The notes beneath the pieces are model-generated. The model was not told the DNA's origin, made no database searches, and was given only the letters and a program-made list of their open reading frames with translations. From Euglena gracilis (lineage: Eukaryota): a stretch of DNA of 64,000 nucleotides. Below are positions 46,439-60,061 of the stretch, piece by piece. Where the stretch lies: positions 47,161,847 through 47,225,846 of the forward strand of contig CP154954.1 of assembly GCA_039621445.1 (NCBI GenBank), written 5' to 3'. The stretch's first letter is position 1; the number at the start of each line of letters is the position of its first letter. The position numbers and the translations under genes were made by a program.

Positions 46439-48966
46439 CCCTTTCTTCTGGCTGTCCAAGGGCAAGTTAGGAATCAGCCAACTCCGGCGAAAAAGGCACG
46501 GGGCGGGGCCTCCTAACCCAGTGCAGCGAGCAATCACACAGCAAACCGCCGGCGAGCAAGACATGGCCTCAAAATGACAAAGTGCGGAGCCCGAGGTGTC
46601 GTGGAGCCTTGGTGCCCTGGCCCCTGCTACCCCCCCCAAAAAATATAAACCCCCCCCAAATACAGAGTTCACGAACGAAGAATAACCGAGAAAAGAAGTC
46701 AATATCAGTTCAACATCCAGAAGGACACGAACCAGACGAATATCAACTGAGAACTCAATTTTCAATTTTTAGTTTTGACTTCAATGAGCAATGCAGTGGA
46801 GAAGAAATTGGAATTGAATGGCCACGGACGTCCTGGAGCAGTGGCCGCAGAAGAAGGAGAACTTGGAGATGCGGTCGACACGTGGCAAACCGTGGCCGTT
46901 CCCCCCCACCCAGACCCCCACCCCAAAACTTTCCCAGCCCAAACCCCACCCCAGTGACGGCCACGGTCCTTGGACCACTGTGGCCAGAAGGCCCAGAAGA
47001 CAGAAGTCAGCCCCAGCCCTTGGTGGGCAAAGGATGGCCATGGGGGCCCAAATTACTACACGTTTGTACAATCAAAGCCCACACATCAGTGGCATCTCCC
47101 CCAAAGGCGCACAGTCGCCTGTGCACAAATTGGCCAGAAGAGGGGGAGATGGAATCAAGGCCAAGGAGGTCAACACCACAGGGGCCATGGGGGCCAGTTT
47201 TTCAAGCAAATCCCCTCAGGAAGGGGCAGGTCTGTACAACCCCCCCAATACATCTTGCACAACAGCCCCTCTCCAAGGGACAAGGGGGGGCCACAGCAGC
47301 CCCCCAGATTTCCAATGGGGCTGGAGGCCAAGAAGAACTCAAGGCCCAGAAGACCAACAGATGTATTATGGAAAAAAATTTATACATGGAGACCTTGGAG
47401 ACCAGCAGGGTGGACCCACAGTGACCACCAAGAAGCTAAAGAAGCTGCTTGTAAAATCCCCCGAGGGACCCACAGGGGCCCTCTGCCAAAAATGGGGGAA
47501 AAGGCACCCACAGTGGCCCTTTCAATGACCCAGCCCCAGGAGGAAAAGGGACCCACAGTGGCCCTTATGGAGGGAGGGGCAGGAACCCCTCCAACAAATA
47601 TTTCTCAATTCCCAATTATTCAATCAAGGGGGGGACCCACAGAGGTCCCCCTATGGTATGTCAACCAGCCACATCAACATGGAGAAGACCAGATAGGCCA
47701 AACAGGGGCATTAAACCCTATGGTATGCCTTCCAACAACAAGATCCTCCAGAGAGGTGAGCAGAGAGGGAGAGAGTGCATGCACATCCCCCCAGAAAAAA
47801 ACTCTTTTTCCAAGGGCCCAAGCCCTAGGTGACCTGCTCCCTTTTCGGCTTGCCTCGAGGGAGTACGAGCCCCTCCGCTGACTAATTCCAAAAAAAACTA
47901 GAGTAAACCGATTAGAGTAAAGGAGTTAACCAACTCCTGCCCTTCTGGTGGAGTGAAACCCCCCCCCCCATACACCTGGGGGGCACCTCATTTTTGGCAA
48001 AAAAAAAGTTTTTGTCGAAGAAAACTGTATCTGCACTTATGGGCTTAAAGGGGTGCTTAAGTGAAATGTGAAGGGCTCCCCGAGGTCTGACGAGTGACCG
48101 CGTTGCTGAAACATATGGCATCATCAAGTGAAAGGGGCTGACCTTTGGATATAGAGTTATGGACACAACTCTCTGTCATTTGTGTAATTTTTGCCTTTAC
48201 GCCTGATTTTGATGTGGGGCGCCTTGCCCCACACACCAGTTGTACGTTTGATTCTCTCCAAATCTGAACTTCTTTATAAGCAGAGGATTCTTGAGCAAAA
48301 AATGAGCTGTGTCCACGTGTGAAAGGGGGCTGTGGCCAGTCCAGGAGGATTGGTTGGGGATCTCAAAATGCACCATATTAAGTTTTGGTTCCCAAGCCTC
48401 TTGTATGGTGATAACATGGTGTTGAATCTCCGGCCACTCGCACTAGACCGAGAGGGGAGGAAGGGACACCGTGGGCGAAACACAAACACCAAGTGAGGTC
48501 GGCACCTCACTTGGGGGAAGTGCGGAGCCCGAGGTGTCCAAACCCATGTGCGAGTTAGTCAGTGAAAGGCGGAGCATATTTACAACGGATTTAACGGCTG
48601 CCTCGGTCTGCCATTGACTTTGGGTCTAAAGTCACAATGTTGTTTAAAAACGTGAGGAAATAAGACGATCGTGATCACTCACAAACTCATTCAGAATGTG
48701 TGACAGTGTCTTTTGAAGCCCCCAAAAGGACACAGGAAGCTTCCAGCGACAAAAATGTACCATCACAGATGGATTGCATCTCCGCCACGTCAGCCAACGT
48801 GATAAACTGCACCAGTACTTCCGCCATAGGTCAATTAAGAACAGCCAACTCCGGCAAAATTGCAGCACTCAAGGTGCAAAGCCTAACCTTCCCAAAAACA
48901 TTTACTTCAAAAAGCCGGCAAACAAGGCATGAGCTCACTTGGGGGAATTGCGGAGCCCGAGGGTCA
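46439..48966. mobile_element. Rearranged, decayed DIRS copy
   Basis: Inverted left end 46439-46600; gag-like 46663-47820 (+); rE-like about 47830-47868; YR relic about 47900-48430 (-); ICR/end pieces about 48447-48539; divergent inverted ITR about 48840-48966. Confidence 0.8.
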
Positions 48967-51136
48967 AAATTATTTTGGCGGAGGCCGGGGCCCGCTGCGG
49001 CCAAACTATCGCGAAAAAAGATTCTATGAGGTTATTCGAGGAGGCTTGGCTTGGGTCAAGATTCTCGTTCAAAACAGTTGAACCTTTCCCGCTCAACCGC
49101 GCCACATTGGCCTTTAAAGGGCTCCAAGAGACCCCAAAGAGCCGCCCAACTGGGGTAAAAAATACGGCGGGACCCACGCGAACCGCCCCCCTGTTGAAGT
49201 CAACTGTAGTCGGGGCCCCGGGGGGCCAATGTATTCCGCTATTCTGCGATGAAGTGCGTCTTCAGTCGCTGGATCTGTTGCGGCTGCGTCGCGGTTGCGG
49301 CTGCCCCGGCCGGCGGCGTCCCAACAAGGCAGAATTTAATGACTTCAAAGTCGGACGTGGTTGGGCCGACCGGCCGTGACCCAACCAACGACCACAACCT
49401 CACCTTCCGTGAAAGACCACCCGGCAGAGGGAGGCGGGACACGAAGCACAAAAGCCACCCCACGCGGTGGGCAGGGCGAAATTGGAGCTGCGAAAATTGT
49501 GGCACAAATCGCCGCAAAAGCAACACCCTTGACCAACTGGAATCCTCGGGCGCCATCTTCGCGATTTTCTTTTGAAAAAGATCCAGCCCACCCAACCTTA
49601 CTTTTCAAGAACAACGCCTCCAGGAGGAGAAAAGGGCAAGCCCTACAATTTTGCTTTTCTAAATGCGGCACTCAACTCTTCTTCTGCAAGCCCTGGGGGG
49701 TTATACGGCGTGCCTGCGGCCATCCGTTCTGCTAGCCTCACCGATCCCGGAGAAAGGAGTGCCAGACCTGCCGCCCCATGTCGATGCAGATGAGCCCTCC
49801 TTTGACCAAGCCCCAAAGTTTGCCCAAGGCCCTGATGGCCCACTCCGCGCACCGCCAAAGCGGCCTCACATTAGTTCCCAGGCAGCTCTCCAATCTAATA
49901 TGGCCAATTTTCCTTCAGCCTGAAGTTTGTGCGGTCACATTCCTTACTTGAGGGGTTTCAAATTTGTGTTCGGATGTGCGCATGCGTGTGTGAGCTTTTT
50001 TGTTTGCGTCTGAGATTCTTTTTTGAAAAGATTGGTGACGAGGAGGTGGGGGGTCCGCCCCCCTGAGGGGGTGTAGTGGGTGGCCCAAAGTTTTTTGTAT
50101 TTTTTTGACCTTTGTTCCTCTGTTTTATTTGTTCTATTTATTTTTGTTTTGTTTTATTCTATTCTACTTCTTCCCCCCTTCCCTTCCTTCCCTTCTTCCC
50201 CCCCTTCTAAACCGACCTACCCTTCCAAACCGACCCATTTGAACCAAAAAAAAAGAAAACCCGACCCTTAGCAAGTTGGAAAGTTGGCAAGTTGACAAAC
50301 ATGCACAACATAATGGAAGCCGCCAACAGAAAGAGCGTCCAGGCTCATCCATTATTGGTGACCGGAAATCAGGATTTTGCACCAAAATTAGGTATTTTCT
50401 TCCAAATTTTGGCGTTTTTGGGCATTTTCCTCCGAAGATTTGGAGTTGGCACCCCAAAAAATTACAAAATCAGGCATTTGCCACATAAAATCTGAAGTTT
50501 GCACAAAAAATTAGGCAGTTTGCCACCAAAAATTGGATGTTACACCCAAAATTCGGCATTTGCTCCCGAAAATTAAGAGTTTGCATCTCAAATTGCCATG
50601 CCCCCCCGAGCTCCCCCCCCGAGCTATTCCCATTGGGGGATGGGAATAGCTCACTGTCATAGCACTTTTTACAAAGAACTTTCGAAAAAAGTGCTGAGAA
50701 ATGGACGTTGTTGGGACGTTTCAAAAAATTGATTTCTGGCAAATGTGCTTAAATTGACAATTTTTTGCGGGCATCCAAAAAGCTGCCAAAAATGACCTCT
50801 TTTTGGCTGCCCGAGGCTCGGGTGTGGGAATAGCTCGGGGGGACCTAGGTCTCCCCCCCCGAGCTGTTCCCATTGGGCCGTAAAGGGTCCCGGGGACGGG
50901 AATAGCTCAGGGAGGGGGGATGATAGGCATTTGCCAAATTTAGGAGTTGGCCAACCAAATTAGGCATTTGCCAATTGAAATTACCTTGCTAACATCAACC
51001 TGCTTCTGCATGCCGTCGGCCAGCTGTGTGCTCCCCCTGAAACCAACCCCCCGTCCAAACCGACCCCTTGAAGGAGTTCCGCCAACCCAAAAGTCCTAAA
51101 CCGACGGGTCGGTTTGAATGGGGGGGGGGGTTACGT

Positions 51137-51236
51137 TGTGGCGTTGTGTTGTGTTGTGTTGTGTTGTGTTGTGTTGTGTTGTGTTGCGTTGTGTTGTGTT
51201 GTGTTGCGTTGCGTTGTGTTGCGTTGTGTTGTGTTG
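51137..51236 (+). repeat. (GTGTT)n microsatellite
   Basis: About 19 pentamer units. Confidence 0.92.
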
Positions 51237-52817
51237 AACCCTGACCCTAATCCTGACCATAACCCTATTCCTAAAAATAATGGAGTTCACCCGCACTTTG
51301 ACTTCCGCAATTGAGAACATGGTGTGGGAAAGATTTTGAAGGACGTGTAAAGTGTTCGTTTGAGAGCAGTGCCAGGCAACAGCAATTTTTTTTTCAAACG
51401 CGTGTGGGCGAAATTTCTGGAAAAATTTTACTTTTCTCAATTACACTTTCACCAAGCCTTCTGACCAAAAACCAACGGACGCACCAGAACAGCACATTGC
51501 TCTCAGAACTCGGCAATTGCACAGATCCCAACAATGTGCCACATCTCAAGGTAGCTTCCGTGGGCGCGGTTTCCGCAGGGGCCCCAGGAGCAGCCCTTCT
51601 GCGTGGTCCAGGCCAACCGCCAGGCCAGCACCGAGGGCCATTAGAGCCGCCACCTGGAGCAGCAAGTGTCGCTTGGTCAGATATGGCACGGCGGTTGCTA
51701 CGATGGCATAATAGGCGACAGCCCCGGACGTGCCCTGCGGCCATGTATCCCTGGGCTCTTGCGACCCACAAGCAAGTTTGGGTGTGCGTTCGGTTTTTCG
51801 CATGGCACCGTTTTGAAGTTTTTTCGCATGGTGTCATTTTTTTTGCAGTTTTTGCGGCAGCCAAAGCTTCGGCTGTGTGCTGCGTTTTGGTCCAGGACAT
51901 GCCCCATATTGTAGCCAATACAATACCCATCGTGCATTGGATTGCCCTTAAAACTGGCTTCAAAAAATATCTGCATCACAATTTACCATCTCGACACCCT
52001 CTCTCCGTGAGAAGCGGCCGTAGGCTGAAGAACTGGAGGTGTCAATGGTCGCCAGGGAGGAAGATTGGACATACGGACAAGAATTATTGTGGACAAGAAG
52101 TGCTGTACAAAAATTATGGTTCTGCACACCAAATTGGCACTTGCCGCTCAAACAGGAGATTGGCAACTCAAAACCAAGAACTGGCCACAAAACTGTCATT
52201 TGTCCCCAATTTGGGAATTTGTGCACTCAATGCCCAGACTTGGCACACCAAATTATGGATTTTCCCATCAAACTTTGGAACTGACAATGGGAAATAAGGC
52301 ATTTGCCGCCCAAAATTAGGAATTAGCAAACCGCATTAGGTTTGCAACCCAAATTTGGCATTTGTCCCAAAATTTAAGAGTTTGCATCCAAAATTAGGCA
52401 TTTGCTTCCCAAATTTTGTAGTTTGCACCTCAAATTAGGCATTTGCCTCTCGAAAATTTGGAGTTGGCCCACCAATTAGGCATTTGCTAATTTGGGGGCT
52501 AGGTGCGCCGCTCACGGGGGGGGGGGGTCCCAGACCCCCCCCGCACGGCCCCTGCTCGGCTTTTTTTGGACGCTGTTTTTTCAATTTCAATTTCAATTTC
52601 AAATTCAATTTTAACAAGGGTTTTTCTAAGAAAAGGGAAAAAACACCCACTAGGTTTTGCATATAAAATTTCTGAATACATCTCCATCATTTTTGGCAAC
52701 TTCTGGGTCATTTCTGCCAAAAAAAATCTTTCCACAAAATATGAAAAAGTCATAAATTTGCATTTTTTTTTTGCAGTTTTGGATGTTTTTGACCATTTTT
52801 TTGGCAGTTTTTGAACT

Positions 52818-53227
52818 TACCTCCCCCAACCTTGTCTAAGAACCGGAAAAGATGGGTAAGAACCCGGGGGGGGGGGGTGCTTATTTTGCCAAAATATGGG
52901 TAAGAACCAGGGGGGTGGTGCTTAGACAAGGGGGAAAATTTTGACTGCAAAAAAAATCCGGCACTTCGCGCCGAAAAGGAGAAAACTCCCCTTATTTTGA
53001 AAGTCCACTGTTGAACTTACACACATTTGGTTGCAGAAATCAACAATACCTCACCAAATCAGGTCTCAGAAGTTGCAGAAATTTCAAATTTTTTGAGAAA
53101 TTTCCCTTAAAAATGCACACAAAATAAACCTCCCCGTGACGATGACCTGTAAAAAGATGGGTAAGAACCGGGGGGGGGGGTGGTGCTTAGACAAGGGTGG
53201 TGCTTAGACAAGGGGGGGGGGGAGGTA
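52818..53227. mobile_element. TA-flanked MITE
   Basis: TA-cctcccccaaccttgtctaag / cttagacaagggggg..gagg-TA. Confidence 0.75.
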
Positions 53228-55329
53228 GTAGTATTCGAAGTATGGTTTGGGTGTTTCATAACGAGTTTTCTTCAACAAAACTTTGATGCTTTTTGGGGCG
53301 TTTTTTTTTATAGAAAAAAAGCACGTTGTTTTGGCTTTTTTTAAAAAAAACGCCAACTATGACCTCGACCCCCCTCCGCCCTCTGTGCCCAGCTTCCTCA
53401 TGAAAATTGATCAAAAATGGCCAAAAATGGCCAAAAATGACCACTTTTGGACCCGAAAATCACCGATTTTGGGCCGCGCGCCGCCCGCGCGGCCGCCCTC
53501 GGCCCCCCCCCCCCCCGCAGCCACCCTCAGCCCCCCCCCCCGCCGTGCCTAACCTCCATTGCCTAATGCAATCAGAATTGAACAATTAATGCAATGCAGA
53601 AATTGAACAAAATTGCGGAAACTTTCACACATCAAATCCCCCCGAAAAACCCAGGGGTTCATTGGCTGGGGGAAAAAAGGTGTTCACTAGATCCCCCCGT
53701 GGTCCCCTTGTGAGAGGGCTGGCCAGAGCTGGGTCAAACACGGTCCAGGAGAAAACCAAAAATCAGCAATGTATGTGAATGGCAGCAAGATTTTACTTGG
53801 CCCCCCGGGGGGGGGGCGAACAAAGTTTAAACATACAAATATAAATATAAAATCTACAAACATAAAAAGAAATATAAATCAACACACACATATGGCAGCA
53901 AGGTTTTACTTGCCCCCCGAGTAAAATCTCCATGGGGGGCAGCAGCCTCCGCGTCCGACTCCCCCCCCCCCTTTCGGTCCCGCAGCGGCCTGGATCCGCG
54001 ACGGATCCGGGCAAATCGGTTGGATCTGGGGAGATTTGGCACTTAATTCTGGGAATGGGGCTGCGGTTCGGATCGGCACGCTGAAAAATTGGTCTTTTGA
54101 GGACCCAGACAGGCCGGAAGTTAGGGTACCGTTTTGGGAAGAGTTTTAAAAGGAAGATTTTTAGGGACCCGCAATTTGAGCTGCTAATTTGAGCTGCTGG
54201 CCATTTTAAAAAATTGATTTCCACATCAAAGAAAGCATTGAAGATTTCTTTTGGCCACCAGGGCCCAACTTCATGCCAACCTCCCAAGTGGATTCACAGG
54301 TGACAACTTCCTTGGGGCACTGAATTCTCCTGACATGTCAGGGAGGTCTTCGGATGCTGCAGTGCAGGGGGCGCCCAGCTGGAGCAGCAGCACATCCCCA
54401 CGGCAACGTTCACGGGCAGGCTGCGGAGTTTGAGTTGGCCCAGGCGCTGGGCCCCCACCTTCCCCACCGCGTACACGGCGAACGCCCCGGCCGACAGCAA
54501 CGCCACAAAACGCAGCTCACGAGTGGTGGGGGCACTCGCGCAGTGAGCGGAGCATGGGGTGCAAAGAGGAGGAAGAGTGGGTGAGAATGCATAAATGATG
54601 GAAAGGAGAATCAAAAAATTGGGGGAATGCAAAAAAAAAAGTGTTCGAAAACAAAAAAAAAAAAAAAAGTGATGGCACCACATTTTTTTTTTGGCCCCAG
54701 GCACCCACCGGGGGAGGGGATTTGGCAGACCCACCCACCCTCCCCCCGCCCCCGGTCCAAACTTCCTGAAATCCTGAAAAAATCCCGGACCTTCTTGTAG
54801 TTGTCATTCCAACTGCTCAGAGGCCAATCCTCTTCCGCAAGCTCATGTCTTGGGGATTGCAGAGGCATCCACTTTCAAATGGAGCCTGTACCAGGGGGAA
54901 AAAACCCAAGACCGATATTTCGAAAAAAAAGATCCCTCAAATTCAATATTCTGCAAAAAAACTTCCCTGCAACAATTTGTTTCCTGTTTTTGATTTTTTA
55001 TTCACTGTGAATTTTTGTCGAGACTGTGTATGTCTGCCAAACCAAAAAGGAGGATGGTCTGATGTAGGCTTCGGCGAGTTAGGCGAGGTTGGTGGTTCGT
55101 TTTATTTCCAGAAGAAAAATCAGGTCACAAGGTGTGAGGCCCCACGACATCGTACCTTCGACCTCTTGGAAGGAGGAGGATGGGTATTCAAGGACCTTCC
55201 CTGAAAAAGAGCCAAAGAAACTTCTTTGGTTCCACTTGCGATGAGTTTGGCAACGTTTTTGGTGAATTCCGGGGATGGTACATTACTGTACCGTCCCCAG
55301 AATTCACCAAAAACGTTGATGACACCCAC

Positions 55330-55813
55330 CAGGGGGGGGGGGAAATGCGCTCGCCCGGCCTCGGAAAAAATGCGCAAAAATGCGCAAAAATGCGCAAAAA
55401 TGCGCAAAAAAATGCGCAAAAAATGCGCATTTTTGGAAAAAATGCGCAAAAATGTGCAAAATCCGAGAAAAAATGTGCAAAAATCACGAAAATGCAAAAA
55501 TTACCCAAAAACATGCAAAAATGGCACCAAATTTGAAGAAATTATGTAGAATAATGAGGAAAATGTACGTTTCAAAAAAAATCAAAAATTTCAAATTTTT
55601 GCAAAAAATTGCAAAAATGGTCAAAAAATGCGAAAATTTTGGAAAGTCACGAAAAAATGTGCCAAAAAGCAAAAAAATGTACTGAAAAAAACGAAAAAAT
55701 GCGCAAAAAATGCGAAAAAATGCGCAAAAATGCGCATTTTTGGAAAATTTGAAAAAATGCGCAAAAAATGCGCAAAAATGCGAAAAAATGCGAAACGCAT
55801 TCCCCCCCCCCTG
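55330..55813. mobile_element. Inverted copy of the tgcgca family, 7-bp TSD
   Basis: cacccac at 55323-55329 and 55814-55820; interior is the reverse complement of 23826-24253. A decayed copy lies at about 34655-35235. Confidence 0.82.
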
Positions 55814-56068
55814 CACCCACATCGAAATGCATTCAAAAAAGTGGACCCCCATATTAATCCACTGGGATTCGATAGGGGCCCAAAAGTTAAGCCGCCGGTG
55901 CATATCTCTGTTAACACAGCCAATTTACCCGACACATACTGTTTGTAATTCCTTTTAGAGATAGGGTTAGGAATACAATCGGCGTTCAGAAAAGAAACCA
56001 CAAAAGGGTTAGATCGAAGTTAGAAAGGTGGGCTGAAATCAGGCCCCTGGGTTCGGGTCTTGTTACTG

Positions 56069-56467
56069 GAACCCCCCCCAGGGGGTACCCCCCCCCAATA
56101 TAAAGCCCCCCCTGGGGTTTATTTTTGCTGCCCAAATATAAAGCCCCCCCCCCCTGACGTGGAGCCAGACGCTGGGGTCACTAAGGAAAATCTTTGGGTG
56201 GAAACAAAAAATTTTTCACCAGAAATGCTCCATTTTGGATAAGAATTGCACATTTTGTTTGCAAAAAATGGGAGGTACACAACGAAAATTTGGCATAAAA
56301 TTGGTATTTGGCCACAATTGAAGGCCACCGAAGGTCACAGGGGCCACCCGAAAAAGTTTGATTCCCCCCCTTAATATAAAGCCCCCCCAAATGTAAAGCC
56401 CCCTGGGGGTCTTGAAATCCCGCCCAAATATGAAGCCGGGGGAGCTTAATATTTGGGGGGGGGGTTC
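56069..56467. mobile_element. MITE related to the pogo element at 44124
   Basis: aatataaagccccc repeats; gggggtcttgaaatcccgcccaaatatg is the near reverse complement of about 44219-44248. Confidence 0.7.
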
Positions 56468-59400
56468 AACGCCGTTAATCGGGTTGAGTTTACTGGGATT
56501 TTACTGCAAAAAAAGTGTGGCTGGTTTGGGTGCTTGCAACTCCACGGAGTTTGAACCAGCCCAGAGGCATTCTTTTTGGTGGTTGATTTTGAAGAGTGGG
56601 TGAGTTCATGTCACTGGGCCTGGCACGTTTTCTTTTTGACCAGGTCAGGTCAGGCAAGCCCCCATCAGTCGGGTAGAACTAAAATTATATTGTTATTGGT
56701 ATTAATGTGGTTCTGGCTGGTTTGGGGGGGGGTGGATGGAGCATGCACCAAATATCCCCCCCCCCCAAATCAGACAGTCCTCAGTGTGATGCATCATCTT
56801 TTGGAGATGTTTGGACCCTGACGTAAGCTCCCCTGGCAACAAGATCAGGATTTAAATTCAGAGCAAATAGAAACACACGAAATAAACACCAAATTCGAGG
56901 TAAATACCCTTTAAAAAATGCCAAAAGATCTGACAAACAGAAACCTCATGTCAAGCAGGGGGAAAGAATCAGTGCCCATAAAAGCTGCAAACCCTAAATA
57001 AGACAATCACAAAAATGATCCCCATGGGTCTATTTTCAGAAACCCAAATGCACACAATGCCTTGTGTTCGGGCAAGGCAAGGCACCGGTCTCATTTTTTG
57101 GGGAGGGAAGAAAAGGCAAGAGTGGTTGTTGCTGTACTCCTTTCACTGCTCTGCAAGAATGCAGAAGGCTGAAAAGGTTCGCATCTCCCCCTGCACCCCT
57201 CTCGGGCTTCAACTGGTCACATTGTGTCACCGCTGGGGTTTCAGAAGCTACCGCATTTCACAGCGGAGTGGCCGGCCCCCAGCAGCCACTTGCCCCGCAC
57301 CTTGCGCTGGAAGCCCTGCATTTCCAGCAGGTTCTCGCGGGAGGACGCCTTGCGTTTCTTGATCCGCTGGTTGATGGGGGCAGGGAGCCTCGCCGCGGGG
57401 GCAAAGTGTATCGGAAAACCCGACGTCCCCTTGGCGTGTGTATCAGCAGTGTCCCGTTCCCGTTTCCGAATTGCAGCACAGGATTTCTCAACCGTGTGAG
57501 ATGGGCTGAGGTGCCCTGCTGTCGTAGAGAGCACAGAAAGGCGCGTTAAGTCAGCCACAACAGGCTGACTTAAGACAAGAGGGATGCTGACCCCAGGGAT
57601 GTATGGGAAATACTGAGGAGGGGGGTCGGACACCCTCCCGACACGGAGGGGGGGGGGAGAGGTTCGACCCCCCCTAACCTCGAAACAGTGATGAGGAGGG
57701 AATTTTTTGGCTCTGTGGGTCCACAAGGCTGAATACCAGCCCAAAAATTGTTTAAAGATCCCTGACTTTCTATTTGAAAATAAACCCCCAAAATGTTTGT
57801 TGTTTCGAATTTTTTTGACACCTTTTCCCATCGTGGAAACACCAAAATATCCAAACATGTGTGCAGTATGCATAAAAGGGAAAGGTACTTTTTCTGGAGT
57901 GCAATGCCGAAAGAGAATTTTTCACCTTTTTTGGAACCTGCCAAGCTCTGTCCCCTCCTGGGGGGTTCAGAACCGTATATTTCTTAAAGACCGGGGGAGG
58001 AGGGTGCCCCCCCACCCACCCAGGCCAGGGTACTCCCTCCCCCGGGGAAGGGGGATCAGGGGGGCCAACTCTTGGGGAGTCGATTTTGGGTACACTCCTT
58101 CAGGGGGTACCGGCTCGGCCCAACCCCTCCCCCTCCCCCACCCGGGGTCCAACCGTTAAAAAATCCCACGTCCGGACCCCCCACCTTATGCCCCGGGGGG
58201 GGGGGGGGGGTCAGGACCCCCCCCCACCACCACCCAACTCAAAACCAGAGGGCTTCCCATACATCTGGCCACCCCACAGTGCCACGCCGGCACTTGCGTG
58301 GCACCGCAGGGTGGGCATCCCCAGGGACACAGCCCAGGAAAGAGGCCGTTCCCCGCACTTTGGGGGTCTCCCTGAGCGTAGGTCCTCAGCGCCTTGTTGG
58401 CCTTCGGGTCCACGTGGCTGAGCACGTCCTGGGTCCTCTCCATCAACTCAGCGGGCGCCCCCCTCCCCCTGCGTCCCGCACAAAACCCCGCCCCGGTCCT
58501 CGCCGGCGATCTCTTCCGGTGCAGCCACATCGGCCACCCTGCGGCTGGCAGTCCGGGGGTGTGGACAAACAGAGAAAAAACACTGCACATCGCCACCCTG
58601 GAAGCTGTGACAAGCGCCAAAAGGGTTCAATGTCTGGCTCCACACAAACGACTGCCACACAGACAGGCACCTCAAGCACAATGTGGCGTTGGAAACAAAG
58701 GGTCCAAGGTGCCCAGCCTGAACCAGCCAACAAATGCCCAGCTGCAGACATTACACTCCAGGAATATCGTGCCCGGGAGGGGGGCGAGCGAGGTGCAGCG
58801 CCACCTGCGACTGCAGCCGCCGCTTCATTTGCTGGAGCTGCGCCTGGAGCTGCTGCGCCTTCGCCACCGCTGGCACGGCAGCCGGCGGTCTAGTCAGCCC
58901 GAACAGGCCCCCCCCCCCCCCCCCCGTGCCTATGTACCAGCCCCCCCCCCAGAGGACAGCTGGGGCAATGCTGGCGCATATGGTGGCCTGCACCAGGGAC
59001 CAAAGACGATACAGTTTCGGGGGGGGGGTAGCACCAGGTACCCGTGCCTGCCTGTCGCTTCCTGTTGCTGCCTGGGGGATGGGATGAGGAGCGCAGCACC
59101 CATCCTTGGGGCATTGGGGGTAAAAGGGAAAATGTGGGTCTCCTATTTGATGGAGAAAGAACGACTGAACAGACCAACCCCCATATGTTTGAAGAGAAAA
59201 TGCCCTCTTTGAGTTTGGGGACGGGCGAGCCTGAGCTCTCCGCAGCAGGGGGGGAACTGAACGGGAAAAAATGGTGTGGGAAAAAATCTGAACGAAATTT
59301 TGTTCATCCAATTTCCTCTAGTGAACGCCCAAAAAAATTATTCGGCGCTGCGCGCCGATATTTGAAATGTATTTTCAAATCACTTATATTGGTCATTCAA

Positions 59401-59651
59401 AAAAGATAGAATATATTCTTTGCTTAGCTTTGCAATTTGGAGTGAACTAACTTCAGGTGAAATCTAGAAATGGCTATATGTTGTTCATGTAACAACTCAT
59501 AAATCAAAAATGCATCTATCCTGCGATCTACCCCCGTGATGGGTCCCAACACCATTGAACACAGTTACTCGTTGGACCTCAGGAAAGCGGCGATGGAAGC
59601 AGGCCCCAAGACATTCCCATTTTGACAGAGGGTCTATGGCGAGCCTGTTGG

Positions 59652-60035
59652 TAGCACCCCCCAAAATAAGACCTGATCTTATTTTTTGGGGGTCATTTTG
59701 GATTTTCTTGACCGACCCGGGCCCCAAAAAATCCTCATTTTTTTGGGTTTCTAAAGCGCCTCAAAATTTTCCTTCGGAGCTCCGTGCCATGTGTTAATTG
59801 GTATAAATCAAAACTCGCCATGTTTTTTGTGTTTCAAAGTCGTCAAAAGTTTGCAGAATTTTAATCATTCTTGCACCAAAATCAGCGTTCTCCGTAATAT
59901 TCCAGGAATTTTTCATCGGGCTCAGGGCTTCGCGCCAAATTTGATGATAAATTTGGGGGGTCTTTATTTTGAATTTTTTGCTCAGTCAACCCGGGGGGGG
60001 TCTTAAATTTGGAGGTCTTAAATTTGGAGGGGGTA
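59652..60035. mobile_element. TA-flanked pogo-type MITE
   Basis: TA-gcaccccccaaaataagacc / ggtcttaaatttggagggg-TA. Confidence 0.65.
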
Positions 60036-60061
60036 TGGGCCGCCGTGGGCAACGGCTGGAA

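Noticed and set aside
51311-52297. 328-aa plus-strand ORF
   Set aside because: No recognisable domain; it crosses compositionally different blocks and is probably spurious or antisense to exons.
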